From Malacoraja senta (taxonomy: Eukaryota), in the NCBI GenBank assembly GCA_038087875.1, contig JAXLNO010001914.1, positions 62,001 through 126,000 of the forward strand: a DNA stretch of 64,000 nucleotides. Reading direction: 5' to 3'. The translations under genes were made by a program, and so were the position numbers. Under the pieces are notes generated by a model. That model saw only the letters and a list, made by a program, of their open reading frames with translations. It did not search any database and was not told where the DNA came from. Positions 1 through 12,980 of the stretch are shown here, in pieces (within the stretch, counting starts at the first letter, position 1; every line of letters begins with the position of its first letter).

Positions 1-371
1 AGCGTTTCCTTAAGTCAGTTCTTTCTGCAATTTTATGTCTCGAGATCAAAGTTTTCAATCCAACCCTTAAACATTTTGTCCAGCAAAACTAATGTAACCA
101 TTTATATTGATGATCGGTATTTTGTTATAATTTATGGAAAACTAAACAAGCCATTTACTTGTTTAATAGTCTGAAATTCAAAATAAAGACAATATCTTCA
201 CTGTCTTCCTAATTATCTAAATTTTTTAATACTTTTTCAATACATTTAAACTAAAGAGTAGCTCCTTGGTTACTTAAACATTTATGCTTGCTTGCTAACA
301 ATATTAAATACTGACAAATTTGGTCAACAACATCTTTATTGTCTTTAGCTGGACCATTTGAAAAGGTAATA

Positions 372-920
372 AATGTTGGAAACAGTCAGCAAGTTGGGCA
401 GCAACTGGGGATCAGGAAACAATTAATGTTTCAGCTCTCGGAGGATTCATCAGAACTGGAAAGTGAAAAAAACATGTTTGTTCGAATAGAAAATTAGGTA
501 TGGGGATGAACATGAATCTGAAAAGGAAATATCTGTGAATAGAGTGAGAACTAATCAATTAGTGGGGAAGGCAGTCAAAGTAGTATTTAGGAGCACTTGT
601 TTCTGTGTAATGTGCAAGGTTGTTTTTTTTGCATGCAGTTCAGTAAAAATCTTGCTCTGCAGTGGACTTAAGAGTGTAAGAACTGTAGATTGCATTGAAG
701 CAATACACAAGAGTTGTCACGTTTCCAGCGCCTGTTGGACCCTTCGAGTTCAGAGTTGTTAAAAATGTTAGAGTCTTATCTTGGCCATAAAGACGGTGCT
801 GTTTACAAAGTGTTGAGCCTTGTTGTTACAGTGCAGGAGGCTTCCAACAGAAAGGTCAAATTGGACATGGTATAGTAAATTAAACCGACAGGAAGCCCTG
901 GATCACTCCTATCGACACCT
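372..920 (-). mobile_element. Old Penelope-like element fragment (endonuclease C-terminus plus terminal repeat)
   Basis: Minus strand of ~770-900 resembles the DLSVxGLLHC..AQ..QH region of the better preserved copy at 3190-3240. Positions 372-460 are a degenerate terminal repeat with CTGATGA...GAAAC on the minus strand. Confidence 0.5.
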
Positions 921-1157
921 TTCCTTAAAGAGCAAGGTTAACAGGGACTAGAGCAGGCCATTAATTTCAATAGTAAGCTTAAACATAGACAATCCTCTAA
1001 AAAAGCTACATGGATTCTACCCATTCTACAATTTTATTGGTGCCAGGAAATGTTTACAGTTTTCAATAAACCCAATTAAACAAAAAAGATTCAAACAAAG
1101 GCATTTTTTCTATTTTAGGAGGAAACGCTGTGCTGGTCTATGCAGATTTGGATATAA

Positions 1158-1670
1158 GGATGCATCACAGCCTGGTTTGCGAACATCTCCATTCAGGACT
1201 GCAATAAATTGCAGAGAGTTGCGAACGTAGCCCGGACCGTCATGCAATCCAACCTCCCTTTCACTGACTCCATCTACACTTCACGCTGCCTTGGGATGGT
1301 GACCAGCATCATCAAGGATCAGTCTCATCCCAGTCACTCCTTCTTTTCCACTCTCCCATTCGGCAAGAGGTACAGAAATTTGAAAACACATACCTTTCGA
1401 TTCCGCGACAGTTTCTTCCCAGCTGTTATCAAGCAACTGGGAAGAAATGGTCCTCTCATCAGCTCGAGTGCAGTCCTGACCCACCCTACCTCATTGGAGA
1501 CCTTTGATTTATCTTTAATCAGACTTTCCCTTGCATTAAATGTTGTACCCTTTATCCGTGCACTGTGGACGGCTTGATTGTAATGATGTATAGTCATTTA
1601 ATTTACTGGGTAGAACGCAAACAAAAGCTTTTCACTATACACATGACAATAATAAACTAGACTAAACTAG
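1158..1670 (+). mobile_element. Rex1/Babar-type LINE, 3' fragment
   Basis: ORF 1209-1577 reads QRVANVA..LPFTDSIYTSRC..IIKDQSHPSH..LPFGKRYRNL..RFRDSFFPAVI, typical of the Rex1/Babar ORF C-terminus. It ends in a CACATGACAATAATAAACTAGACTAAAC tail. Confidence 0.75.
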
Positions 1671-2062
1671 ATGAGAAATAAAATAAAAATCACTATTTTT
1701 AACATGCATCATCAACACTGAGAATATATATATATTTAATTCCGGCTGTCCTTTGTAGAAAAGTGTTGGCTAAAATGCATCATTGTCGAATAAAGCTTCC
1801 AATGAATGATCCTTCCAATCATGAAAGAAAAACTTAAACGTATTGCAGTATTCCCAAGATAATACTGGAGAAGAATGAGGAAAGTAGTATTATCCTGATG
1901 TCGCCAGTTTGTCAGTTAAATAACTGCTGTCAGAATGTAACAATTGTACAGCAATATTCATGTCTTGAGACTAGGTAGGTACATTTTGCATTTATATTAC
2001 CAAAGAAGACATTAGAAATGCATTTTTAGAAGGAAATATGAAAATGAACACTATCAAAGAGG

Positions 2063-2192
2063 GGTAGACAAAAATGCTGGAGAAACTCAGCGGGTGAGGC
2101 AGCATCTATGGAGCGAAGGAATTAGGTGACGTTTCCGGTCGAGACCCTTCTTCAGACAGACTTTTACAGCATCTGCAGTTCTTTCTTAAACA
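2063..2192. mobile_element. Short Penelope terminal-repeat insertion (inverted segment plus tail) with hammerhead-like motif
   Basis: 13-bp TSD ACTATCAAAGAGG at 2050-2062 and 2193-2205. Minus-strand GTCTGAAGAAGGGTCTCGACCGGAAACGTCACC at 2125-2157. Confidence 0.85.
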
Positions 2193-2556
2193 ACTATCAA
2201 AGAGGATAAACTCACATCAATCTAAGATTGTTCCACTCCAATTCGCTATTATGATTGATATTAGCAGAAGTCGCTTTGTAATTGTAATATAATCATAGCC
2301 CAAGAAGTTCGATGTTTCCACTGAATATTTCTGTTCCGGGAAGTTTGTGTCTCACACATGAAACTGAAACTGCTGAATTGTTTCCAAACATAGTTCTGTG
2401 TGTTTGCAGCATTTTTGTTTTGTTTTCTCACGTTTAATAGAGCCTAAAAAACTGGAAACAATCATCATTATCTACTACAAACAGTAATAATAAAGTGAAA
2501 CAAAATTAGTCGCTAGGTATACCATTATATAATGTACGTATATGTCACTGCAAAAT

Positions 2557-2594
2557 CTTCGGTTTAAACCAGCATCTGCAGTTCCTTCCGACAC
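2557..2594 (+). mobile_element. Solo Penelope terminal-repeat tail
   Basis: CTTCGGTTTAAACCAGCATCTGCAGTTCCTTCCGACAC matches the tails of other copies (e.g. reverse complements at 18451 and 62112). Confidence 0.7.
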
Positions 2595-2654
2595 ATTATG
2601 TCTACTGGTTTCTATCCAGTTATATTTTTCATGATTAAGCTGGAACATTGTTCT

Positions 2655-3503
2655 CCTCGATATCCCGCAGCTCCACTCATGCTCCCCCTCCCTCCATTCG
2701 TAACAAGGACAGAGTCCCCCTTATCTTCGCATCAGCCTTCGCATACAGCACATAATCCTTCGACATTTTCGCCACCTCCAACAGGATTCCAACACCAGCC
2801 GCATCTTCCCATATCCTCCCCTTTCTGCTTTCCGCAGAGACTGTTCCCTCTGCAACTCCCTGGTCAACTCGTCCCTTCCCACCCAAACCACCCCTTCCCC
2901 AGGTACTTTGCCCAGCAACCCCAGGAGATGCAACACCTGTCCCTTTACCACCCCCCTTGACTCCATCCGAGGACCCCAACAGTCATTTTAGGAGAGGCAG
3001 AGGTTCACTTACACCTCCTCCAACCTCATCTACTGTATCCGTTGTTCCAGGTGTTGACTCCTGTATATCGGCGAGACCAAGCGCAGGCTCGGCAATCGGT
3101 TCGCTGAACACCTCCGCTCAGTCTGCCTAAACCTACCTAATCTCCCAGTTGCTCAGCACTTTAACTCCCCCTCCCATTCCCAATCTGACCTTTCTGTTCT
3201 GGGCCTCCTCCATTGTCAGAGTGAGGCGCAGCACCTCATATTTCGCTTGGGTAACTTACAGCCCAGCGGTATGAACATGCACTTGTCTAACTTCAAGTAG
3301 CCCTTGCTTTCCCTCTCTCTCCATCCCCTCCCCCTTCCCCTTCCCAGTTTTCCCACCAATATTACTGTCTCTGACTACATTTTATCTCTGTACCACTCAC
3401 TCCCGACATCAGTCTGAAGAAGGGTCTCGACCCGAAACGTCACCCATTCCTTCTCTCGAGACCATGCCTGTCCCGCTGAGTTACTCCAGCATTTTGTGTC
3501 TAC
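2655..3503 (+). mobile_element. 5'-truncated Penelope-like retroelement (Neptune-like) with GIY-YIG endonuclease remnant
   Basis: ~3000-3300 translates as RFTYTSSNLIYCIRCSRC*LLYIGETKRRLGNRFAEHL..PVAQHFN..HLIFRLG.LQPSGMN. A Cys-rich linker (PRRCNTCPF) lies at ~2920-2945. The copy ends in the terminal repeat, with an imperfect TSD ACATTGTTCT/ACATTATTCT. Confidence 0.9.
3411..3444 (+). ncRNA. Minimal type I hammerhead ribozyme motif (Penelope-associated)
   Basis: CTGAAGA (3414-3420), extra A, GGGTC-TC-GACCC stem II, GAAA, then CGTC with palindromic ACGT and a GUC cleavage triplet (3439-3441). Confidence 0.75.
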
Positions 3504-4364
3504 ATTATTCTAGTATTGTTCTAGTATGTAATTAGTCAGGTACTTATATGAAGCATAAGAAAGGCATAGAGATTAACAATGGACATAATATTTGTCTAGA
3601 GTGATAGCTGGCTGGCTCTCCTTTCTGCGTGTCCTCAGGGCAGAATATAAACAGCAGGAAATTAGTGGGTTGCATTCTCTTGTTATATACATTAACATTG
3701 TTCAGTGTCATTCATGGGTACATTAGACAAAGTGCAATTCCAGGTGCATAATCTCTGGAGAAAGATGTATGGTCTAAAAACCAGCATCTAGTTGCTTCCC
3801 CAGTTTCCTAATAAACCCTCACCTTTCTAAGCTGATGGAGATTCTTCCACCATGCCGTCCAATTCTGGCTGATCATCCAAATCAATAATTCTTGGCTGAG
3901 CAGGAATTTTAGGTTCAAGATTCATTCTTTCATAATTACCTCAGGCTAATTCACCTCTTTTAGTACTGCATCCTAAACATGACATACTATGAGGCATTTG
4001 GCAAAATCACAGCATCAAAAATGTAGGTTGGTAAGCAATTAGCCACTGTTAATTCCTTCTTGCGCATGAGTAGAATCAGGGGGTAAATGGCTTGAGGAGT
4101 TTATGGGAACGTGGGAACATGCGATTAAGGGAAATAGATGTTTGATGGTCTGTGTAGACTTCAAGGGATAGAGCAAGTTTATGTGTTGTATAATTCTGTT
4201 ATTAAACTACATCTTTTCCTCTTTGGTCAGATAACCATTTGTGAACGACCGGAAATTAAAGAGTTATGGGGATCAAGCAGAAAATGGTTTTGAGACCAAC
4301 AACCATGTACTCACTACAGAGGAGCATGCTAACTCCTCAGGATTAGCCTTACAGGAACAACTTC

Positions 4365-5012
4365 ATAGAAATCTGGACAGTTGGTTTCTTGGAAGGAAGC
4401 AGAGGGTGATGGTGGAAGGTTGCTTCTCGGACTGGTCTGTGACTAGTGATGTGCTTCACGGTTCGGTGCTGGGCCCGTCATTGTTTGTCATCTGTATCAA
4501 TGATTTGGATGAGAACATACATGGCAGGAATAGCAAATTTGCTGATGATACAAAACTAGGTGGTTTTGCAGATAGTGAACATAGTTGTGAAAAATTGCAG
4601 CAGGATCTTGATCGATTGTCCAGGTGGACTGTGGAATGGTTGATGGAATTTAATACGGAGAAATGTGAGGTGTTGCATTTTGGGAAGTCTAACATGGGCA
4701 AGACCAACACAGCGAATGGTAGAGCTCTGGGGTATATAGAGTATTGTGTTCAGTTCTGGATACCGTGTTATCGGAAAGATGTTGTCAAATTAGAGACGGT
4801 ACGGAAAAGATTTACAAAGACTAGAGGTCTGAGCTAAAGGGGGAGGTTGAGTAGCCTGGGACTCTATTCCTTGGAGCGCAGAAGGATGAAGGGTGATCTT
4901 ATAGAGGTGTATAAAATCATGAGAGGAATAGATCGGGTGGATGCACAGACTCCCTTGCTCAGAGGAGGTGAATTGTGGACCAGAGCACATAGGTTTAAGG
5001 TGAAGGGGAAAA
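4365..5012 (+). mobile_element. CR1 LINE ORF2 (reverse transcriptase) fragment with internal deletions
   Basis: ORF 4241-4837 contains RKQRVMVEGCFSDW..GSVLGPSLF.I.INDLD..SKFADDTKLG..LQQDLDRL..W.MEFNTEKCEVLHFG. ORF 4847- contains LGLYSLERRRMKGDLIEVYKIMRG. Confidence 0.92.
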
Positions 5013-8000
5013 TATTGGACTCAAGGGCCTGTGTCCACGGTGTATCACTCTATGGCTCGAATTCCTGCTCTTATTTCTTGCCCGTCACCAAATTCTACAA
5101 TATCAAATGGACATGGATGAGATAATAATTTCCATTCCATTATTATAGGCTTTGCAGACTTTGTGGCCTGACCTCAACAACACACGTTGCACTCCTTCCC
5201 CAAGTTACAATGCCTAAAACATTTGTGCTAAGTGCCAGTTTTGCACATATCTTCCCATGACAACACAATGCAGTTCTAGAATGTCATCACCTAATGTTGC
5301 TCCTTCCATTCAGGTCAGGAGAGTTGCCATTATATTTTTATGTATATTTTTGGAGTGTTCATTATGTGGTCTGAGAAAGCTCTCATATACCACTTAGAGG
5401 TCGCATTAGCCTTTAAAAGCCTCTGTGTTTTTTTTTAAACAGGCCAACCACAAAATCTGGTTTTCAACAAAACATCTGCATTTTTCTAACTGCGGACTGT
5501 TATTTCAAATGCATAAAATGAACAAGCTATAAACAGCTTTCCAACAATTAAATGAATAGCTGGAAAATCATAACAAACATCCAGCTAAATTTTCTACCCG
5601 GTTCTTGAAGATTAATCACCTTCCCAGAAGAGAAAGGTACTATTCTCCAGACAATCATATCCTGCATTAATTCTGAATAAGTATGTCTTTTTATTCCCCA
5701 TAGGCTCCAGAGCCCTATCCTACCTCTGTCTCCTCCAAAAAGGGCACTCCTCTGGGAAGTGAGTCCCTGCAACATCGTTGCAGCTGACATAACAGCACTG
5801 CTCTTCCCAGGATTTGCTTCTGCTACTTCTGCCCTTGCTGCCTCCTTCAAGCCATCACTTGACTGGGGCCATTGCAGCAGGTAATGCCAGGTTTTAGTGT
5901 TCAGGCAAAATTTGGCATTAGTAGCACGGTGTCTTCTGCACCTGGCAGACCAATAAAATCTGTTTTTATCTTTTGGATCTCAAGGAGATAAACTTGTCTT
6001 CCCTAGAGGACTTCTGGTTTAACATAACCTAAAATGCAAGTGCAACGTGTGCCACAATTAGTTAATAGTTGAATCACTACATTCTATCGAAATTACCTGT
6101 GCAAGAATAACATAATCCCTATTGATATTTTTTTACTAGAGTAAGACAAACACATCAGATTAAGGGCACAGATTTTCTGTTGGAATATGAATTCTGGAAA
6201 ATGTTACCTAAATAATGATTTTTCAAGTTTTTGGTGGAATTGGGGTTTTTCATTTCCAAGAAAAACTGCAACAACACATCTTGGGGCCCTTTGTCCCTTG
6301 TAGTCTTGTAAACCTTGTAGTCCCTTGTAAGTTGATTTTAGGGTCTTTGACTTTTTAAGACCTTTGACTTATTTCAGATGGGCATTGTGGATGATTATAA
6401 TTCACTAAATATGGCATTAGAATCTTCTGATTCCAATTGTGCACAATTTACAATAACACAATATTTAGAATTCTAAAACCCTTTTCCAAAGTGTTCAAAA
6501 TGAATGGCCAAAAATGAACTTATTTCCCCCGAAATCATCTTAACAAGTTTAGTTGTTTCAATCTGCAAGCTATTGAGTTATGCTTACTTACTTCACCAAA
6601 CTTATTTATTAATGCATATTTTGAACAATCATAAGGGTCACTAAGCAACAAACTAGTTTGCAGTGTTTTCTTTTGGTAGCTTCAACTGAGTATGTTTAAG
6701 AAGTAAACTTTGGTTTTTTACTGCAAATACAGACTTGCCAGCAGAATTATCTCTAAACTGTTAATTAATCTGCTTAAGCAAACTGTAATCATGTTAGGCT
6801 TATTACTTGGACAGACTAACTAAAGTGAACAGTGACTATATCCTGATTACAGAACAAATCACTTTGTTGTTAAAATCCTTCACATCTATATCAGCGACAT
6901 ATGCTCATCTGAAAGCTCCCAGGATTGAGTTTAAAAGCATAGCAACATTTGTTTAGTTAAAAACTGCCCAAAAGCCAAATAACCATGGGAACATTTAACA
7001 GTAATAGAGCTCAAAGTTGTAACTGCTTTGTTCAAAGGAGCAGAGCCAGTTTCAACTGCAGGTTATCATGATCGTTTGGGACTCATTTGAAACAAAATAA
7101 CTGAAGACCACAACCCCTGCTATATTTCAAAGTCTGTCTTTATGTAGCACACACAAGGATTCTCAACACTGGACCAAGTTTTCTTGTGTTAGAATAACTG
7201 GACATTTCACAACATTATCATTTTTCTTCACATTTATTATGTTTTTGTTTAACTTTTGCACAAATTATTATAACCTTGTAGGCTGCCAACAATAACTGTA
7301 CCTTCATCACCACACTATGAGAGCAGGATGGGTTGGCCAAAGAAGTTATTCATGGTGACCATCAATTGAGCTCCATACTTGTTTTGACATATGACTAAAA
7401 TGAAACTGGACAAGATCAGTTGTATGTTTGATTATAAAGTTGACATTACATTGCAAAGGACTAAGTAAATGTGTACTGATCAAGATGTAGGATCTTTCGA
7501 TTAGTTGGATAGGGAATGGTTGCTGAGCAGAGTAATGTAAATGGATTGCCCAGTTGCACATTCACTTTTTAGTAAATAAAACAGATTTTCCAACTCACAC
7601 AAATTGTAAATTCAATTATATTTGATTAAATGGTTAATTTGAAAGTAGAAGAGCCAGAGCAGCCAAATATGTGAAACTGGGAGAGATTACACCCATTTTA
7701 CCTTGGTTGGTGGTGTTGTATTATTTGAGACAAATGCACACACTTAGTTTCTACCTCATGCCCTTTATCAGAACCTATTTTTATGACAGAATATTTAATA
7801 AGGATAAGATTAACTCCCTGAAACACTACTGCCTCTGTTTGAAAAATTGCAGTTATACGGAGGGCAGTGAACCAAGGAAGCCTGCACTCAAAGTTAATTT
7901 TGGTAGGCATCAAAATTTTAAAATGACATAATCATATTAAAGAAATGCAGGATAACCTGCTTTGACGATGCTTTCATAAGTCTGTGTTGGTTGCAGGAAG

Positions 8001-11000
8001 TTTTAAAGTTAAGAGGATGTATAACAACTTTATACTTTGAGTCTGATACTGAGTAACACTAAATCCTTTGATGGATGAGTAGAAACAACAGTTACAATTA
8101 ATGGTAGATGGTTTAATGGCATAATTAGTTGAATTTAGATCTAATTTTTAACTGTCTTTGCTCAAAAAAGTATATATTTTTAATTCCTAATCCTTTTCTT
8201 GGATGAATCTGCTCCCACACAAACAGTCTGGGTCATACCCAAGGACACAATCTATTTTAATAAATCAAAATGTGATACTATTAGATTGACCCTGTATTCT
8301 TCAATCCATTTTAGCTGACAATAAAATTAATCTAATAATTATACCACTAATGTGATGTTTAACCAATTACTCCTGAGGTTTCTTGTTGTATATTAAAGCT
8401 GCTACGTAACTAATTTTACACATTCTTCCATCATGGTCTAATTTATTGATTTATTTAATAAAGCTCTATACAAAAGCATCCTATCACAGAGTGGGTTAAA
8501 AATAAAAGCATTCTTGCTTCACAGCAAGAGAATAAAACTTTTTAACTTGAAAGAAGCAAACCACAAATAATGTTTGCTGCTCTATCATAACAAACAGCTG
8601 GTATACTTATGACCTTCCTTGCAAAAAAATATTTACATAGTTCTCTGTTAATTTTAACAAATTAGTATTATCACAAGGAATAATACCTTGAAAGTACATT
8701 GGTTAAAATCATAACACTGATAGTAATGAAAATAGTTAAATTAAAATTATACCACAATGATGCAAATAAAGTTTCTATTTTGAGCTTTTCTCATTTTGTT
8801 AGGTCTTCGGCACAAATCTTTACAATAATGCATCATATTCCTAGGTCTTATAATTGGTAATCTGCAAAAAACCTAACAAATATTTTATTGATGTTAAATA
8901 ATGCTAGATTTACAGCATAACTACACTGTCAGAACCATCCCACAGAACATCCTTACAGAGGAAATGCAGGTCCCATGGTGAATCCCATGGCTGACAAAAG
9001 CAACACATGTTCACGCAAAAACATAATGGAGAAGAATTAGATTAAAGGCCTGCTTGCTGTGGTTGCATCCAAAAGAAACGGTGAAAACACAGTTCATGCA
9101 TGTTGGCTTTTCAGTTGATAAGCCAAGTAACAGACCCAATATTCATAAATTGTGACGCACATTCTCCACTCTGGGTGGCTTTGACCACACTTGGTTTGCA
9201 AGCAGCTGATTCCTGAGCAGTTTGCCAAGTCAGTGACATCATTCAGAGACGAGACTAGTTCAGTCTTTCTCCACAGTCACTAAATGGTAGAGATGCAACG
9301 CTAATATCTGGTATTGTGTGAGAGCTGGGTGCAGAGCGACTTCTAACATTAATTGTGTGAACCAGTGCCTTCAAAAGTGACCTAAACAGCCAACTTGAGA
9401 GAGTAAAATCTGTTGGGTCTACCATGCGCTGGCATACATTCGATTAGGTGAATGGCCTCCTTCTGTGCCTTAATAATTCTTTGAAAGTATATTTGAACTT
9501 TTGGGTCATGACAACTTGGTGCTATGATGTAGTGACAAGTTGATGGAAATTCTTGAAGGAGAAATATATTTATTCCTGTATAAGAAACTTGTAACCTGTT
9601 AAATAATTAACAGAAATGCTATAGATTTTCAACCCGGATTCCAGAATTATACAACTGTGACATCAGCTCCTCCACTATATGTATTATGGATCAGTATCAA
9701 TTTGTTTCTTTTCCACCCTTTCTTTTCCCAAGCTCAGCTTTCATCATTAAGGCTCAACCAGACAAATCTCATGTAACCTACTGTATGATCATCTGTAATG
9801 ATCATTATTCGTCTTGTTGCCATCAAATTCTGCTGATAGGTGGTCCAAGAAAAAAATCCTGTTTGATAATTAAAAGAGAAAGGTCTCTTATCCAATTAGC
9901 AAGGCATAGACAAATTTAATAAAGTTAGGCACATCTTTCAATGTTAACAATGGAAAAGTGATGTTGTCATGACCAAAAACTTCAAATGTTCTTTCAAAGA
10001 ATTGTTGCTGCACAGAACAAAGCCATTCAATTAATTAAGTCTACACCAGCTCATGGTAGATATTGCAAACTACTCTCTCAAGTGCCTCTTTTGAAGGCAC
10101 TCTTTCACACATATAATTCCAGATCCTAATAATGCTCAAAACAAATTATATTATCACATTTTCTTATAGTTTAAGGTAAAATGTTAAATCTGTGTCCCGT
10201 GGTATTTTATCCACTCTGAGCAACAGGGACAGGTTGCATCATCAGAAGAGCTTTTAAAGACTTGAATATAAATCAGTCAATAGTTTTTCCACTGTCTTCG
10301 AAGAACAACAATGAACTTGCTTCCTTCCAAACATTTAAGAGTGCAGTTTGTAGCACTGATGAATGTCTGACATAATTTGCTTCAATTAACAGATATTTAG
10401 TTTCAGGTAGCAGCAAACATGATCAAGGTTCTATTCATATAGAATCATCTCCTACAGGAAGCAAATTGCCCATTGCTGGACCATGTGGCTGCTGGACCAA
10501 ATAGCTACATTCACAAAACGAGTGGATGATAAACTAAATTGCAAAAGATGGGGAGGAAGTGACCTGAACAAGTTAGAAAAGCACAGGGTCAACCTTATTT
10601 TCTTCCTTCCAATTTTGAATAGACCAAATGAGCCTTCATACGAGCTGCAAACTTTCCAAAGATATATTGGTAGATTATTCAACAAGGACGGTAATACAAT
10701 GATCACCTGGTTTAGATGCCCATGAGGTCTTTAGTTGCAATCATGAATGCTCTGTCCCCTGCGCCATCTCGAACAGTCTAACCTCACAAAAACTCTCTCA
10801 AGAGGATCAGCAAAAGGAAAATGCCATTTATTTGTCTGTTAATTAATTTTTAGGGGTCCATTCACATTAAGCTTAAATCAAATAGGATTAGACATACAAA
10901 AGAAACACAACAACATCACACTACTCCATGTATAATTGAACACATATGCTTGAATAATCCTGATAAATCAGCTTGAGTGACATTATCTTCAAATCATGGC

Positions 11001-12280
11001 AAGCCTTGAGTTTCAGCATTTAATATTATCCCATAGTTTTTCACAGACATGATATGGTCATTGCAGGTACCATGCCTTCGTGTAAATTAGAGCTCTTCTT
11101 CTTTCAGATTTCCCTCCCCCTCCATCTGACTGTTCTTTTGGGTCATTTTGAAGCCCTTTCATCTACTGAGTTTAAGCCATTCCCAGGGTAGCTACTGGGT
11201 TGCATATAATTTGTCTGATTAAATTTAAAGAAGGGCTATTTTTACAGAGCACTGTTTCATCGTTCCCCCCTCCCCCTCCTTGGACTTCATGCTGAGGCCT
11301 TTAATGAGGCTTCAAACATCACTTTACCTCAGCTTTGGCCAGCCTTGTTAAGACAGTCTTCATTTGTCAGAAAAAAATCTTTATTGGGGTCATGGAATTC
11401 ATGCGCTTTGATTAAAGTTAATCAAGAAAAAGAACCTGCACCCAAACCATGTACAATTGACCTTCAGTAAAATCTATCATTAGAACCCTCCTGCAGAATC
11501 GCATAGTTAAACACAGTCATAAATAATATCAGGTTTCCTTACAGAGAATCACAATTTACTGCATTTATAAGCAGTCACCTTCAGCTACACCCCTTTATTT
11601 TAGCTGCCTTTTTAATTTTAGATTGGCACACAACCTGTTAAAGTCAGGTCCACCAGAAACTATGATTCCATTCCTGCCTTTGATGGAATCTAAGGCAACT
11701 ATGCCATCGAGAATGTCTCCTCTTTGAACAAAGTTTAAATTCAAATGTTGTTTGTAATAGTTCAACATTTCTCATCCTCAAGTGTTTCTTCGTTTTCCTG
11801 AAAGGGCAGGCTCTAATTTTTAGAACATGAAAATTTGTTCTATACTCCCCGTCCAGCAAAATAGTTTTCTCAATCCACTCAATCAGTTTCTCTTAATATC
11901 TAGATATTTTCAATCAAATCATGCCTAATCATTCTAAGTTTCTACATTTGTATTATAAATCTTGCTTTGTATGCAAAATACATGTAAATCTAGCACCACA
12001 GTAAGCCCACATTATAACGGAACATAGAGGGGTGGGGGGAAATGTTGTTCGTTACTACCGATTGTCCACTATAACCGAGTAAGGTATTATCTTTGTATAG
12101 ACTAAGTGGGACCCATTGGGTGCCTGTGACACGGGAGGTCTGGTCCCCCAACGCAACCCGTTCCCCAGTGCAATATTCCACCACTCACCCGTTCTCCCAA
12201 TGCAACCCATCCCCCCCCCCCCCAATGCAATATTGCACCACTCACGCATAGTACCCAACTGCGCAGGCACGGCTCACTTC

Positions 12281-12780
12281 CCCTCATCCCCCAACACCCC
12301 CTCCACCTCCTCTTCACCTTCTTTCCTCTCTCCTCCTCCCCTCCCCTCCCTCACCTCTCTCTCCCTCCCTCTCCTTTCCCCTACCCTCCCTCTCCTTTCC
12401 CCTACCCTCAGTTACTCCTTCCCACCCTCCCTTCATAACTTCTCTCCCATCCCTACCCCCCTCCCATCCCTCTATCCCCCACTCACCTCCCCTATCCCCT
12501 CCACTATCCCTCCTGACCTCCCCCACTGCCCTCCTCTCCCTCTATTCCCCGCTCCCTACCTCCCCCAGTCCCACCTCCTCTCCCTCTATTCCACCTCCTC
12601 CCCCACTCTCCTCACCTCCCCCACTTTCCCCCTCTCCCTCCCTACCCCTTCCTTTCCCTCAATCCCCCCACCCTCCCTCCTCACCCAAGGATCCTTCCCT
12701 CTCCTTGTCCCCTCCCCCAATCCCTCCATCACCTCTCCTTTCCCCTCCCCTCAGTCACTCCCTCCCTCCCTCCATCCATA
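12281..12780 (+). repeat. ~500 bp polypyrimidine (C/T) low-complexity tract
   Basis: Almost entirely C/T runs such as CCCTCC and CTCTCC. This explains the spurious Pro/Ser/Leu ORF 12116-12781. Confidence 0.95.
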
Positions 12781-12980
12781 AAAAGCAGCATCTCCGCACA
12801 AACTGCTCGGCCACCCTGCAACCCGACTCACCCTCCCTCCCTCTGCCCATTCCAGCTCAGCCGCCGCTCGGACCGTCCCCGTCCAGCCCGCCCGCTGCTG
12901 CCGCTCGGCCCGTCCCTGCCCTGCCCACCCGCCTACCTGCTCGCTGCCACTGCCGGGCCATGGGGTAGGAGGGGGGGGGG

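Noticed and set aside
5548-5850. 100-aa minus-strand ORF
   Set aside because: Non-ATG start and no recognisable domain.
7701-7773. Possible minus-strand exon for a gene divergent from the ALG13 exon
   Set aside because: Weak acceptor, unrecognised peptide, and the putative upstream exon lies inside a transposon.
12116-12781. 221-aa Pro/Ser/Leu-rich ORF
   Set aside because: Artefact of the C/T low-complexity tract inside the Helitron.
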